Shown: piece by piece, positions 24,374 through 37,670 of the stretch | Position numbering within the stretch: the first letter of the stretch is position 1 | Layout of the letters: every line of letters begins with the position of its first letter | From: the human T2T-CHM13v2.0 reference genome, Homo sapiens | Length of the DNA stretch: 64,000 nucleotides | Reading direction: 5' to 3' (one strand) | NCBI RefSeq assembly: GCF_009914755.1 | Contig: NC_060939.1 | Made by a program: the position numbers and the translations under genes | Notes under the pieces: model-generated | Seen by the model: only the letters and a program-made list of their open reading frames with translations | What the model was told of the DNA's origin: nothing | The model's database searches: none

Positions 24374-27300
24374 CCACAAAAAGCGTGTTTCAAAGCTGCT
24401 CTGTAGAAAGAAAGGTTCAACTCTGTTAGTTGAATACACACGTCACAAACAAGTTTCTGAGAATGCTTCTGTCTAGTTTTTATGGGAAGATATTTCCTTT
24501 TTCACCATAGGCCTCAAAGCGCTCCAAATGTCCACTTCCACATACTACAAAAAGAGTGTTTCAAACCTGCTGTATGAAAGGGAATGTTCAACTCTATGAG
24601 TTGAATGCAAACATTACAAAGAAGTTTCTGAGAATGCTTCTGTCTAGATTTTATATGAAGGTTTTCCCGTTTCCAACGAAATTTTCAATGCTCTCAAAAT
24701 ATCCACTTGTAGATTCTACAAAAAGAGTGTTTCCAAACTGCTGTGTCAAAAGAAAGGTTCAACTCTGTTAGTTGAGGACACACATCACAAATAAGTTTCT
24801 GAGAATGCTTCTGTCTAGTTCTTATTTGAAGACATTTCCTTTCTCACCTTAGGCCTGAAAACGCTCGAAATATCCACTTCCAGATACGACAGAAACAGTG
24901 ATTCAAACCTGCTCTATGAAAGGGAATGTTCAACTAGGTGACTTGAATGCAAACATCACAAAGCAGTTTCTGAGAATGCTGCTGTCTACTTTCTATTTGT
25001 AATCCCGTTTCCAACGAAATCGTCAGAACTATCGAAATTTCCAATTGCAGATTCCACAAAAAGCGTGTTTCAAAGCTGCTCTGTAAAAAGAAAGGTTCAA
25101 CTCTGTTAGTTGAATACACACGTCACAAACAAGTTTCTGAGAATGCTTCTGTCTAGTTTTTATGGGAAGATATTTCCTTTTTCACCGTAGGCCTCAAAGC
25201 GCTCCAAATGTCCACTTCCACATACTACAAAAAGAGTGTTTCAAACCTGCTCTATGATAGGGAATGTTGAAACCTATGAGTTGAATGCAAGCATTACAAA
25301 GAGGTTTCTGAGAATGCTTCTGTCTAGATTTTATATGTAGATATTCCCGTTTCCAACGAAATCCTCAAAGCTATCCAAATATCAACTTGCAGATTCTACA
25401 AAAGGAATGTTTCCAAAATGCTGTATCCAAACAAAGGTTCAACTCTGTGAATTGAGGGCATACATCACAAAGAAGATTCTGAGAATGCTTCTGTCTAGAT
25501 TTTATATGAAAATATTCCCGTTTCCAACGAAATCCTCAAAGCTATCCAAATATCCACTTGCAAATGCCACAAAAAGAGTGTTTCCAAACTGCTCTGTGAA
25601 AAGGAAGGTTCAACTCTGTTAGTTGAGTACACACATCACAAAGAGGTTTCTGAGAATGCTGCTGACTAGTTTTTATTTGAAGATATTTCCCTTTTCACCT
25701 TAGGCCTAAGAGTGCTCGAAATGTCCATTTCCACATACTCCACAAAGTGTGTTTCAAACGTGCTGTATGAAAGGGAATGTTCAACTCTATGAGTTGAATG
25801 CAAACATCACAAAGAAGACTCTGAGAATGCTTTTGTCTAGATTTTATATGAAGATATTCCCGTGTCCAACGAAATTTTCAAAGGTCTCCAAATATCCATT
25901 TGTAGATTCTACAAAAAGAGTGTTTCCAAACTGCTGTATCAAAACAAAGGTTGAACTCTGTGAGTTGAGGACACACATCACAAATAAGTTTCTGAGAATG
26001 CTTCTGTCTAGTTTTTATTTGAAGATGTTTCCTTTTTCACCATAGGCCTGAAAGCGCTCGAAATGTCCCCTTCCAGATAGTACAGAAAGAGTGTTTCAAA
26101 CCTGCTCTATGAACGGGAATGTTCAGCTCTGTGAGTTGAATGCAAACATCACAAAGCAGGTTCCGAGAATGCTTCCGTCTAGATTTTAAATGAGGATATT
26201 CCCGTTTCCAACGAAATCCTCGAAGCTATCCAAATATCCACTTGCAGATTCCACAAAAAGAGTGTTTCAAAACTGCTCTGTCAAAAGATAGGTTCAACTC
26301 TGTTAGTTGAGTACACACATGGCAAACAAGATTCCGAGAATGCTTTCGTCTAGTTTTTGGGAAGATATTTCCTTCTTCACCATAGGCCTCAAAGCGCTCC
26401 AAATATCCATTTCCACATGCTATACAAAGAGTGTCTCAAACCTGCTGTATGAATGGGAATGTTCAACTCTTTGAGTTGAATGCAAACATCACAAAGAAGT
26501 TTCTGAGAATGCTGCTGTCTAGATTTTATATGAAGGTTTTCCCGCTTCCAACGAAATTTTCAATGCTCTCAAAATATCCTCTTGTAGATTCTACAAAAAG
26601 AGTGTTTCCAAACTGCTGTATCAAAACAAAGGTTCATCTCTGTTAGTTGAGGACACACATCACAAATAAGTTTCTGAGAATGCTTCTGTCTAGTTCTTAT
26701 TTGAAGACATTTCCTTTCTCACCTTAGGCCTGAAAGCGCTCGAAATACCCACTTCCAGATACTACAGAAACAGTGATTCAAACCTGCTCTATGAAAGGGA
26801 ATGTTCAACTATGTGACTTGAATGCAAACATCACAAAGCAGTTTCTGAGAATGCTGCTGTCTACTTTCTATTTGTAATCCCGTTTCCAACGAAATCCTCA
26901 GAACTATCGAAATTTCCAATTGCAGATTCCACAGAAACAGGGTTTCAAAGCTGCTCTGTAAAAAGAAAGGTTCAACTCTGTTAGTTGAATACACACGTCA
27001 CAAACAAGTTTCTGAGAATGCTTCTGTCTAGTTTTTATGGGAAGATATTTCCTTTTTCACCGTAGGCCTCAAAGCGCTCCAAATGTCCACTTCCACATAC
27101 TACAAAAAGAGTGTTTCAAACCTGCTGTATGAAAGGGAATGTTCAACTCTATGAGTTGAATGCAAACATTACAAAGAAGTTTCTGAGAATGCTTCTGTCT
27201 AGATTTTATATGAAGGTTTTCCCGTTTCCAACGAAATTTTCAATGCTCTCAAAATATCCACTTGTAGATTCTACAAAAAGAGTGTTTCCAAACTGCTGTG

Positions 27301-30300
27301 TCAAAAGTAAGGTTCAACTCTGTTAGTTGAAGACACACATCACAAATAAGTTTCTGAGAATGCTTCTGTCTAGTTCTTATTTGAAGACATTTCCTTTCTC
27401 ACCTTAGGCCTGAAAACGCTCGAAATATCCACTTCCAGATACGACAGAAACAGTGATTCAAACCTGCTCTATGAAAGGGAATGTTCAACTAGGTGACTTG
27501 AATGCAAACATCACAAAGCAGTTTCTGAGAATGCTGCTGTCTACTTTCTATTTGTAATCCCGTTTCCAACGAAATCCTCAGAACTATCGAAATTTCCAAT
27601 TGCAGATTCCACAAAAAGCGTGTTTCAAAGCTGCTCTGTAAAAAGAAAGGTTCAACTCTGTTAGTTGAATACACACGTCACAAACAAGTTTCTGAGAATG
27701 CTTCTGTCTAGTTTTTATGGGAAGATATTTCCTTTTTCACCGTAGGCCTCAAAGCGCTCCAAATGTCCACTTCCACATACTACAAAAAGAGTGTTTCAAA
27801 CCTGCTCTATGATAGGGAATGTTGAAACCTATGAGTTGAATGCAAGCATTACAAAGAGGTTTCTGAGAATGCTTCTGTCTAGATTTTATATGTAGATATT
27901 CCCGTTTCCAACGAAATCCTCAAAGCTATCCAAATATCAACTTGCAGATTCTACAAAAGGAATGTTTCCAAAATGCTGTATCCAAACAAAGGTTCAACTC
28001 TGTGAATTGAGGGCATACATCACAAAGAAGATTCTGAGAATGCTTCTGTCTAGATTTTATATGAAAATATTCCCGTTTCCAACGAAATCCTCAAAGCTAT
28101 CCAAATATCCACTCGCAAATGCCACAAAAAGAGTGTTTCCAAACTGCTCTGTGAAAAGGAAGGTTCAACTCTGTTAGTTGAGTACACACATCACAAAGAG
28201 GTTTCTGAGAATGTTTTTATTTGAAGATATTTCCCTTTTCACCTTAGGCCTAAGAGTGCTCGAAATGTCCATTTCCACATACTCCACAAAGTGTGTTTCA
28301 AACGTGCTGTATGAAAGGGAATGTTCAACTCTATGAGTTGAATGCAAACATCACAAAGAAGACTCTGAGAATGCTTTTGTCTAGATTTTATATGAAGATA
28401 TTCCCGTGTCCAACGAAATTTTCAAAGGTCTCCAAATATCCATTTGTAGATTCTACAAAAAGAGTGTTTCCAAACTGCTGTATCAAAACAAAGGTTGAAC
28501 TCTGTGAGTTGAGGACACACATCACAAATAAGTTTCTGAGAATGCTTCTGTCTAGTTTTTATTTGAAGATGTTTCCTTTTTCACCATAGGCCTGAAAGCG
28601 CTCGAAATGTCCCCTTCCAGATAGTACAGAAAGAGTGTTTCAAACCTGCTCTATGAACGGGAATGTTCAGCTCTGTGAGTTGAATGCAAACATCACAAAG
28701 CAGGTTCCGAGAATGCTTCCGTCTAGATTTTAAATGAGGATATTCCCGTTTCCAACGAAATCCTCGAAACTATCCAAATATCCACTTGCAGATTCCACAA
28801 AAAGAGTGTTTCAAAACTGCTCTGTCAAAAGATAGGTTCAACTCTGTTAGTTGAGTACACACATGGCAAACAAGATTCCGAGAATGCTTTCGTCTAGTTT
28901 TTTTGGGAAGATATTTCCTTCTTCACCATAGGCCTCAAAGCGCTCCAAATATCCATTTCCACATGCTATACAAAGAGTGTCTCAAACCTGCTGTATGAAT
29001 GGGAATGTTCAACTCTATGAGTTGAATGCAAACATCACAAAGAAGTTTCTGAGAATGCTGCTGTCTAGATTTTATATGAAGGTTTTCCCGCTTCCAACGA
29101 AATTTTCAATGCTCTCAAAATATCCTCTTGTAGATTCTACAAAAAGAGTGTTTCCAAACTGCTGTATCAAAACAAAGGTTCATCTCTGTTAGTTGAGGAC
29201 ACACATCACAAATAAGTTTCTGAGAATGCTTCTCTCTAGTTCTTATTTGAAGACATTTCCTTTCTCACCTTAGGCCTGAAAACGCTCGAAATATCCACTT
29301 CCAGATACGACAGAAACTGTGATTCAAACCTGCTCTATGAAAGGGAATGTTCAACTAGGTGACTTGAATGCAAACATCACAAAGCAGTTTCTGAGAATGC
29401 TGCTGTCTACTTTCTATTTGTAATCCCGTTTCCAACGAAATCCTCAGAACTATCGAAATTTCCAATTGCAGATTCCACAAAAAGCGTGTTTCAAAGCTGC
29501 TCTGTAGAAAGAAAGGTTCAACTCTGTTAGTTGAATACACACGTCACAAACAAGTTTCTGAGAATGCTTCTGTCTAGTTTTTATGGGAAGATATTTCCTT
29601 TTTCACCGTAGGCCTCAAAGCGCTCCAAATGTCCACTTCCACATACTACAAAAAGAGTGTTTCAAACCTGCTGTATGAAAGGGAATGTTCAACTCTATGA
29701 GTTGAATGCAAACATTACAAAGAAGTTTCTGAGAATGCTTCTGTCTAGATTTTATATGAAGGTTTTCCCGTTTCCAACGAAATTTTCAATGCTCTCAAAA
29801 TATCCACTTGTAGATTCTACAAAAAGAGTGTTTCCAAACTGCTGTGTCAAAAGAAAGGTTCAACTCTGTTAGTTGAGGACACACATCACAAATAAGTTTC
29901 TGAGAATGCTTCTGTCTAGTTCTTATTTGAAGACATTTCCTTTCTCACCTTAGGCCTGAAAACGCTCGAAATATCCACTTCCAGATACGACAGAAACAGT
30001 GATTCAAACCTGCTCTATGAAAGGGAATGTTCAACTAGGTGACTTGAATGCAAACATCACAAAGCAGTTTCTGAGAATGCTGCTGTCTACTTTCTATTTG
30101 TAATCCCGTTTCCAACGAAATCCTCAGAACTATCGAAATTTCCAATTGCAGATTCCACAAAAAGCGTGTTTCAAAGCTGCTCTGTAAAAAGAAAGGTTCA
30201 ACTCTGTTAGTTGAATACACACGTCACAAACAAGTTTCTGAGAATGCTTCTGTCTAGTTTTTATGGGAAGATATTTCCTTTTTCACCGTAGGCCTCAAAG

Positions 30301-33300
30301 CGCTCCAAATGTCCACTTCCACATACTACAAAAAGAGTGTTTCAAACCTGCTCTATGATAGGGAATGTTGAAACCTATGAGTTGAATGCAAGCATTACAA
30401 AGAGGTTTCTGAGAATGCTTCTGTCTAGATTTTATATGTAGATATTCCCGTTTCCAACGAAATCCTCAAAGCTATCCAAATATCAACTTGCAGATTCTAC
30501 AAAAGGAATGTTTCCAAAATGCTGTATCCAAACAAAGGTTCAACTCTGTGAATTGAGGGCATACATCACAAAGAAGATTCTGAGAATGCTTCTGTCTAGA
30601 TTTTATATGAAAATATTCCCGTTTCCAACGAAATCCTCAAAGCTATCCAAATATCCACTTGCAAATGCCACAAAAAGAGTGTTTCCAAACTGCTCTGTGA
30701 AAAGGAAGGTTCAACTCTGTTAGTTGAGTACACACATCACAAAGAGGTTTCTGAGAATGCTGCTGACTAGTTTTTATTTGAAGATATTTCCCTTTTCACC
30801 TTAGGCCTAAGAGTGCTCGAAATGTCCATTTCCACATACTCCACAAAGTGTGTTTCAAACGTGCTGTATGAAAGGGAATGTTCAACTCTATGAGTTGAAT
30901 GCAAACATCACAAAGAAGACTCTGAGAATGCTTTTGTCTAGATTTTATATGAAGATATTCCCGTGTCCAACGAAATTTTCAAAGGTCTCCAAATATCCAT
31001 TTGTAGATTCTACAAAAAGAGTGTTTCCAAACTGCTGTATCAAAACAAAGGTTGAACTCTGTGAGTTGAGGACACACATCACAAATAAGTTTCTGAGAAT
31101 GCTTCTGTCTAGTTTTTATTTGAAGATGTTTCCTTTTTCACCATAGGCCTGAAAGCGCTCGAAATGTCCCCTTCCAGATAGTACAGAAAGAGTGTTTCAA
31201 ACCTGCTCTATGAACGGGAATGTTCAGCTCTGTGAGTTGAATGCAAACATCACAAAGCAGGTTCCGAGAATGCTTCCGTCTAGATTTTAAATGAGGATAT
31301 TCCCGTTTCCAACGAAATCCTCGAAGCTATCCAAATATCCACTTGCAGATTCCACAAAAAGAGTGTTTCAAAACTGCTCTGTCAAAAGATAGGTTCAACT
31401 CTGTTAGTTGAGTACACACATGGCAAACAAGATTCCGAGAATGCTTTCGTCTAGTTTTTGGGAAGATATTTCCTTCTTCACCATAGGCCTCAAAGCGCTC
31501 CAAATATCCATTTCCACATGCTATACAAAGAGTGTCTCAAACCTGCTGTATGAATGGGAATGTTCAACTCTTTGAGTTGAATGCAAACATCACAAAGAAG
31601 TTTCTGAGAATGCTGCTGTCTAGATTTTATATGAAGGTTTTCCCGCTTCCAACGAAATTTTCAATGCTCTCAAAATATCCTCTTGTAGATTCTACAAAAA
31701 GAGTGTTTCCAAACTGCTGTATCAAAACAAAGGTTCATCTCTGTTAGTTGAGGACACACATCACAAACAAGTTTCTGAGAATGCTTCTGTCTAGTTCTTA
31801 TTTGAAGACATTTCCTTTCTCACCTTAGGCCTGAAAGCGCTCGAAATACCCACTTCCAGATACTACAGAAACAGTGATTCAAACCTGCTCTATGAAAGGG
31901 AATGTTCAACTATGTGACTTGAATGCAAACATCACAAAGCAGTTTCTGAGAATGCTGCTGTCTACTTTCTATTTGTAATCCCGTTTCCAACGAAATCCTC
32001 AGAACTATCGAAATTTCCAATTGCAGATTCCACAGAAACAGGGTTTCAAAGCTGCTCTGTAAAAAGAAAGGTTCAACTCTGTTAGTTGAATACACACGTC
32101 ACAAACAAGTTTCTGAGAATGCTTCTGTCTAGTTTTTATGGGAAGATATTTCCTTTTTCACCGTAGGCCTCAAAGTGCTCCAAATGTCCACTTCCACATA
32201 CTACAAAAAGAGTGTTTCAAACCTGCTGTATGAAAGGGAATGTTCAACTCTATGAGTTGAATGCAAACATTACAAAGAAGTTTCTGAGAATGCTTCTGTC
32301 TAGATTTTATATGAAGGTTTTCCCGTTTCCAACGAAATTTTCAATGCTCTCAAAATATCCACTTGTAGATTCTACAAAAAGAGTGTTTCCAAACTGCTGT
32401 GTCAAAAGTAAGGTTCAACTCTGTTAGTTGAAGACACACATCACAAATAAGTTTCTGAGAATGCTTCTGTCTAGTTCTTATTTGAAGACATTTCCTTTCT
32501 CACCTTAGGCCTGAAAACGCTCGAAATATCCACTTCCAGATACGACAGAAACAGTGATTCAAACCTGCTCTATGAAAGGGAATGTTCAACTAGGTGACTT
32601 GAATGCAAACATCACAAAGCAGTTTCTGAGAATGCTGCTGTCTACTTTCTATTTGTAATCCCGTTTCCAACGAAATCCTCAGAACTATCGAAATTTCCAA
32701 TTGCAGATTCCACAGAAACAGGGTTTCAAAGCTGCTCTGTAAAAAGAAAGGTTCAACTCTGTTAGTTGAATACACACGTCACAAACAAGTTTCTGAGAAT
32801 GCCTCTGTCTAGTTTTTATGGGAAGATATTTCCTTTTTCACGGTAGGCCTCAAAGCGCTCCAAATGTCCACTTCCACATACTACAAAAAGAGTGTTTCAA
32901 ACCTGCTCTATGATAGGGAATGTTGAAACCTATGAGTTGAATGCAAGCATTACAAAGAGGTTTCTGAGAATGCTTCTGTGTAGATTTTATATGTAGATAT
33001 TCCCGTTTCCAACGAAATCCTCAAAGCTATCCAAATATCAACTTGCAGATTCTGCAAAAGGAATGTTTCCAAAATGCTGTATCCAAACAAAGGTTCAACT
33101 CTGTGAATTGAGGGCATACATCACAAAGAAGATTCTGAGAATGCTTCTGTCTAGATTTTATATGTAAATATTCCCGTTTCCAACGAAATCCTCAAAGCTA
33201 TCCAAATATCCACTTGCAAATGCCACAAAAAGAGTGTTTCCAAACTGCTCTGTGAAAAGGAAGGTTCAACTCTGTTAGTTGAGTACACACATCACAAAGA

Positions 33301-36300
33301 GGTTTCTGAGAATGCTGCTGACTAGTTTTTATTTGAAGATATTTCCCTTTTCACCTTAGGCCTAAGAGTGCTCGAAATGTCCATTTCCACATACTCCACA
33401 AAGTGTGTTTCAAACGTGCTGTATGAAAGGGAATGTTCAACTCTATGAGTTGAATGCAAACATCACAAAGAAGATTCTGAGAATGCTTTTGTCTAGATTT
33501 TATATGAAGATATTCCCGTGTCCAACGAAATTTTCAAAGTTCTCCAAATATCCATTTGTAGATTCTACAAAAAGAGTGTTTCCAAACTGCTGTATCAAAA
33601 CAAAGGTTGAACTCTGTGAGTTGAGGACACACATCACAAATAAGTTTCTGAGAATGCTTCTGTCTAGTTTTTATTTGAAGATGTTTCCTTTTTCACCATA
33701 GGCCTGAAAGCGCTCGAAATGTCCACTTCCAGATAGTACAGAAAGAGTGTTTCAAACCTGCTCTATGAACGGGAATGTTCAGCTCTGTGAGTTGAATGCA
33801 AACATCACAAAGCAGGTTCTGAGAATGCTTCCGTCTAGATTTTAAATGAGGATATTCCCGTTTCCAACGAAATCCTCGAAGCTATCCAAATATCCACTTG
33901 CAGATTCCACAAAAAGAGTGTTTCAAAACTGCTCTGTCAAAAGATAGGTTCAACTCTGTTAGTTGAGTACACACATGGCAAACAAGATTCCGAGAATGCT
34001 TTCGTCTAGTTTTTTTGGGAAGATATTTCCTTCTTCACCATAGGCCTCAAAGCGCTCCAAATATCCATTTCCACATGCTATGCAAAGAGTGTCTCAAACC
34101 TGCTGTATGAATGGGAATGTTCAACTCTATGAGTTGAATGCAAACATCACAAAGAAGTTTCTGAGAATGCTTCTGTCTAGTTTTTATGGGAAGATATTTC
34201 CTTTTTCACCGTAGGCCTCAAAGCACTCCAAATGTCCACTTCCACATACTACAAAAAGAGTGTTTCAAACCTGTTGTATGAAAGGGAATGTTCAACTCTA
34301 TGAGTTGAATGCAAACATTACAAAGAAGTTTCTGAGAATGCTTCTGTCTAGATTTTATATGAAGGTTTTCCCGTTTCCAACGAAATTTTCAATGCTCTCA
34401 AAATATCCACTTGTAGATTCTACAAAAAGAGTGTTTCCAAACTGCTGTGTCAAAAGAAAGGTTCAACTCTGTTAGTTGAGGACACACATCACAAATAAGT
34501 TTCTGAGAATGCTTCTGTCTAGTTCTTATTTGAAGACATTTCCTTTCTCACCTTAGGCCTGAAAACGCTCGAAATATCCACTTCCAGATACGACAGAAAC
34601 AGTGATTCAAACCTGCTCTATGAAAGGGAATGTTCAACTAGGTGACTTGAATGCAAACATCACAAAGCAGTTTCTGAGAATGCTGCTGTCTACTTTCTAT
34701 TTGTAATCCCGTTTCCAACGAAATCCTCAGAACTATCGAAATTTCCAATTGCAGATTCCACAAAAAGCGTGTTTCAAAGCTGCTCTGTAAAAAGAAAGGT
34801 TCAACTCTGTTAGTTGAATACACACGTCACAAACAAGTTTCTGAGAATGCTTCTGTCTAGTTTTTATGGGAAGATATTTCCTTTTTCACCGTAGGCCTCA
34901 AAGCGCTCCAAATGTCCACTTCCACATACTACAAAAAGAGTGTTTCAAACCTGCTCTATGATAGGGAATGTTGAAACCTATGAGTTGAATGCAAGCATTA
35001 CAAAGAGGTTTCTGAGAATGCTTCTGTCTAGATTTTATATGTAGATATTCCCGTTTCCAACGAAATCCTCAAAGCTATCCAAATATCAACTTGCAGATTC
35101 TACAAAAGGAATGTTTCCAAAATGCTGTATCCAAACAAAGGTTCAACTCTGTGAATTGAGGGCATACATCACAAAGAAGATTCTGAGAATGCTTCTGTCT
35201 AGATTTTATATGAAAATATTCCCGTTTCCAACGAAATCCTCAAAGCTATCCAAATATCCACTTGCAAATGCCACAAAAAGAGTGTTTCCAAACTGCTCTG
35301 TGAAAAGGAAGGTTCAACTCTGTTAGTTGAGTACACACATCACAAAGAGGTTTCTGAGAATGCTGCTGACTAGTTTTTATTTGAAGATATTTCCCTTTTC
35401 ACCTTAGGCCTAAGAGTGCTCGAAATGTCCATTTCCACATACTCCACAAAGTGTGTTTCAAACGTGCTGTATGAAAGGGAATGTTCAACTCTATGAGTTG
35501 AATGCAAACATCACAAAGAAGACTCTGAGAATGCTTTTGTCTAGATTTTATATGAAGATATTCCCGTGTCCAACGAAATTTTCAAAGGTCTCCAAATATC
35601 CATTTGTAGATTCTACAAAAAGAGTGTTTCCAAACTGCTGTATCAAAACAAAGGTTGAACTCTGTGAGTTGAGGACACACATCACAAATAAGTTTCTGAG
35701 AATGCTTCTGTCTAGTTTTTATTTGAAGATGTTTCCTTTTTCACCATAGGCCTGAAAGCGCTCGAAATGTCCACTTCCAGATAGTACAGAAAGAGTGTTT
35801 CAAACCTGCTCTATGAACGGGAATGTTCAGCTCTGTGAGTTGAATGCAAACATCACAAAGCAGGTTCTGAGAATGCTTCCGTCTAGATTTTAAATGAGGA
35901 TATTCCCGTTTCCAACGAAATCCTCGAAGCTATCCAAATATCCACTTGCAGATTCCACAAAAAGAGTGTTTCAAAACTGCTCTGTCAAAAGATAGGTTCA
36001 ACTCTGTTAGTTGAGTACACACATGGCAAACAAGATTCCGAGAATGCTTTCGTCTAGTTTTTTTGGGAAGATATTTCCTTCTTCACCATAGGCCTCAAAG
36101 CGCTCCAAATATCCATTTCCACATGCTATACAAAGAGTGTCTCAAACCTGCTGTATGAATGGGAATGTTCAACTCTATGAGTTGAATGCAAACATCACAA
36201 AGAAGTTTCTGAGAATGCTGCTGTCTAGATTTTATATGAAGGTTTTCCCGCTTCCAACGAAATTTTCAATGCTCTCAAAATATCCTCTTGTAGATTCTAC

Positions 36301-37670
36301 AAAAAGAGTGTTTCCAAACTGCTGTATCAAAACAAAGGTTCATCTCTGTTAGTTGAGGACACACATCACAAATAAGTTTCTGAGAATGCTTCTGTCTAGT
36401 TCTTATTTGAAGACATTTCCTTTCTCACCTTAGGCCTGAAAGCGCTCGAAATACCCACTTCCAGATACTACAGAAACAGTGATTCAAACCTGCTCTATGA
36501 AAGGGAATGTTCAACTAGGTGACTTGAATGCAAACATCACAAAGCAGTTTCTGAGAATGCTGCTGTCTACTTTCTATTTGTAATCCCGTTTCCAACGAAA
36601 TCCTCAGAACTATCGAAATTTCCAATTGCAGATTCCACAGAAACAGGGTTTCAAAGCTGCTCTGTAAAAAGAAAGGTTCAACTCTGTTAGTTGAATACAC
36701 ACGTCACAAACAAGTTTCTGAGAATGCTTCTGTCTAGTTTTTATGGGAAGATATTTCCTTTTTCACCGTAGGCCTCAAAGCGCTCCAAATGTCCACGTCC
36801 ACATACTACAAAAAGAGTGTTTCAAACCTGCTGTATGAAAGGGAATGTTCAACTCTATGAGTTGAATGCAAACATTACAAAGAAGTTTCTGAGAATGCTT
36901 CTGTCTAGATTTTATATGAAGGTTTTCCCGTTTCCAACGAAATTTTCAATGCTCTCAAAATATCCACTTGTAGATTCTACAAAAAGAGTGTTTCCAAACT
37001 GCTGTGTCAAAAGAAAGGTTCAACTCTGTTAGTTGAGGACACACATCACAAATAAGTTTCTGAGAATGCTTCTGTCTAGTTCTTATTTGAAGACATTTCC
37101 TTTCTCACCTTAGGCCTGAAAACGCTCGAAATATCCACTTCCAGATACGACAGAAACAGTGATTCAAACCTGCTCTATGAAAGGGAATGTTCAACTAGGT
37201 GACTTGAATGCAAACATCACAAAGCAGTTTCTGAGAATGCTGCTGTCTACTTTCTATTTGTAATCCCGTTTCCAACGAAATCCTCAGAACTATCGAAATT
37301 TCCAATTGCAGATTCCACAAAAAGCGTGTTTCAAAGCTGCTCTGTAAAAAGAAAGGTTCAACTCTGTTAGTTGAATACACACGTCACAAACAAGTTTCTG
37401 AGAATGCTTCTGTCTAGTTTTTATGGGAAGATATTTCCTTTTTCACCGTAGGCCTCAAAGCGCTCCAAATGTCCACTTCCACATACTACAAAAAGAGTGT
37501 TTCAAACCTGCTCTATGATAGGGAATGTTGAAACCTATGAGTTGAATGCAAGCATTACAAAGAGGTTTCTGAGAATGCTTCTGTCTAGATTTTATATGTA
37601 GATATTCCCGTTTCCAACGAAATCCTCAAAGCTATCCAAATATCAACTTGCAGATTCTACAAAAGGAATG
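24374..37670. repeat. Second copy of a multi-HOR block corresponding to 1 to ~13300 (offset 24373, then 24362 after an 11-bp deletion)
   Basis: Same ordered rare variants, T5 indels and 12-mer variant at a constant offset. Confidence 0.9.
33405..35452 (-). repeat. 12-mer HOR structural variant (2048 bp), copy 2
   Basis: Marker spacing 33405 to 35453 is 2048. Same junction at 34155-34171 and same private SNVs as copy 1. Confidence 0.95.
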
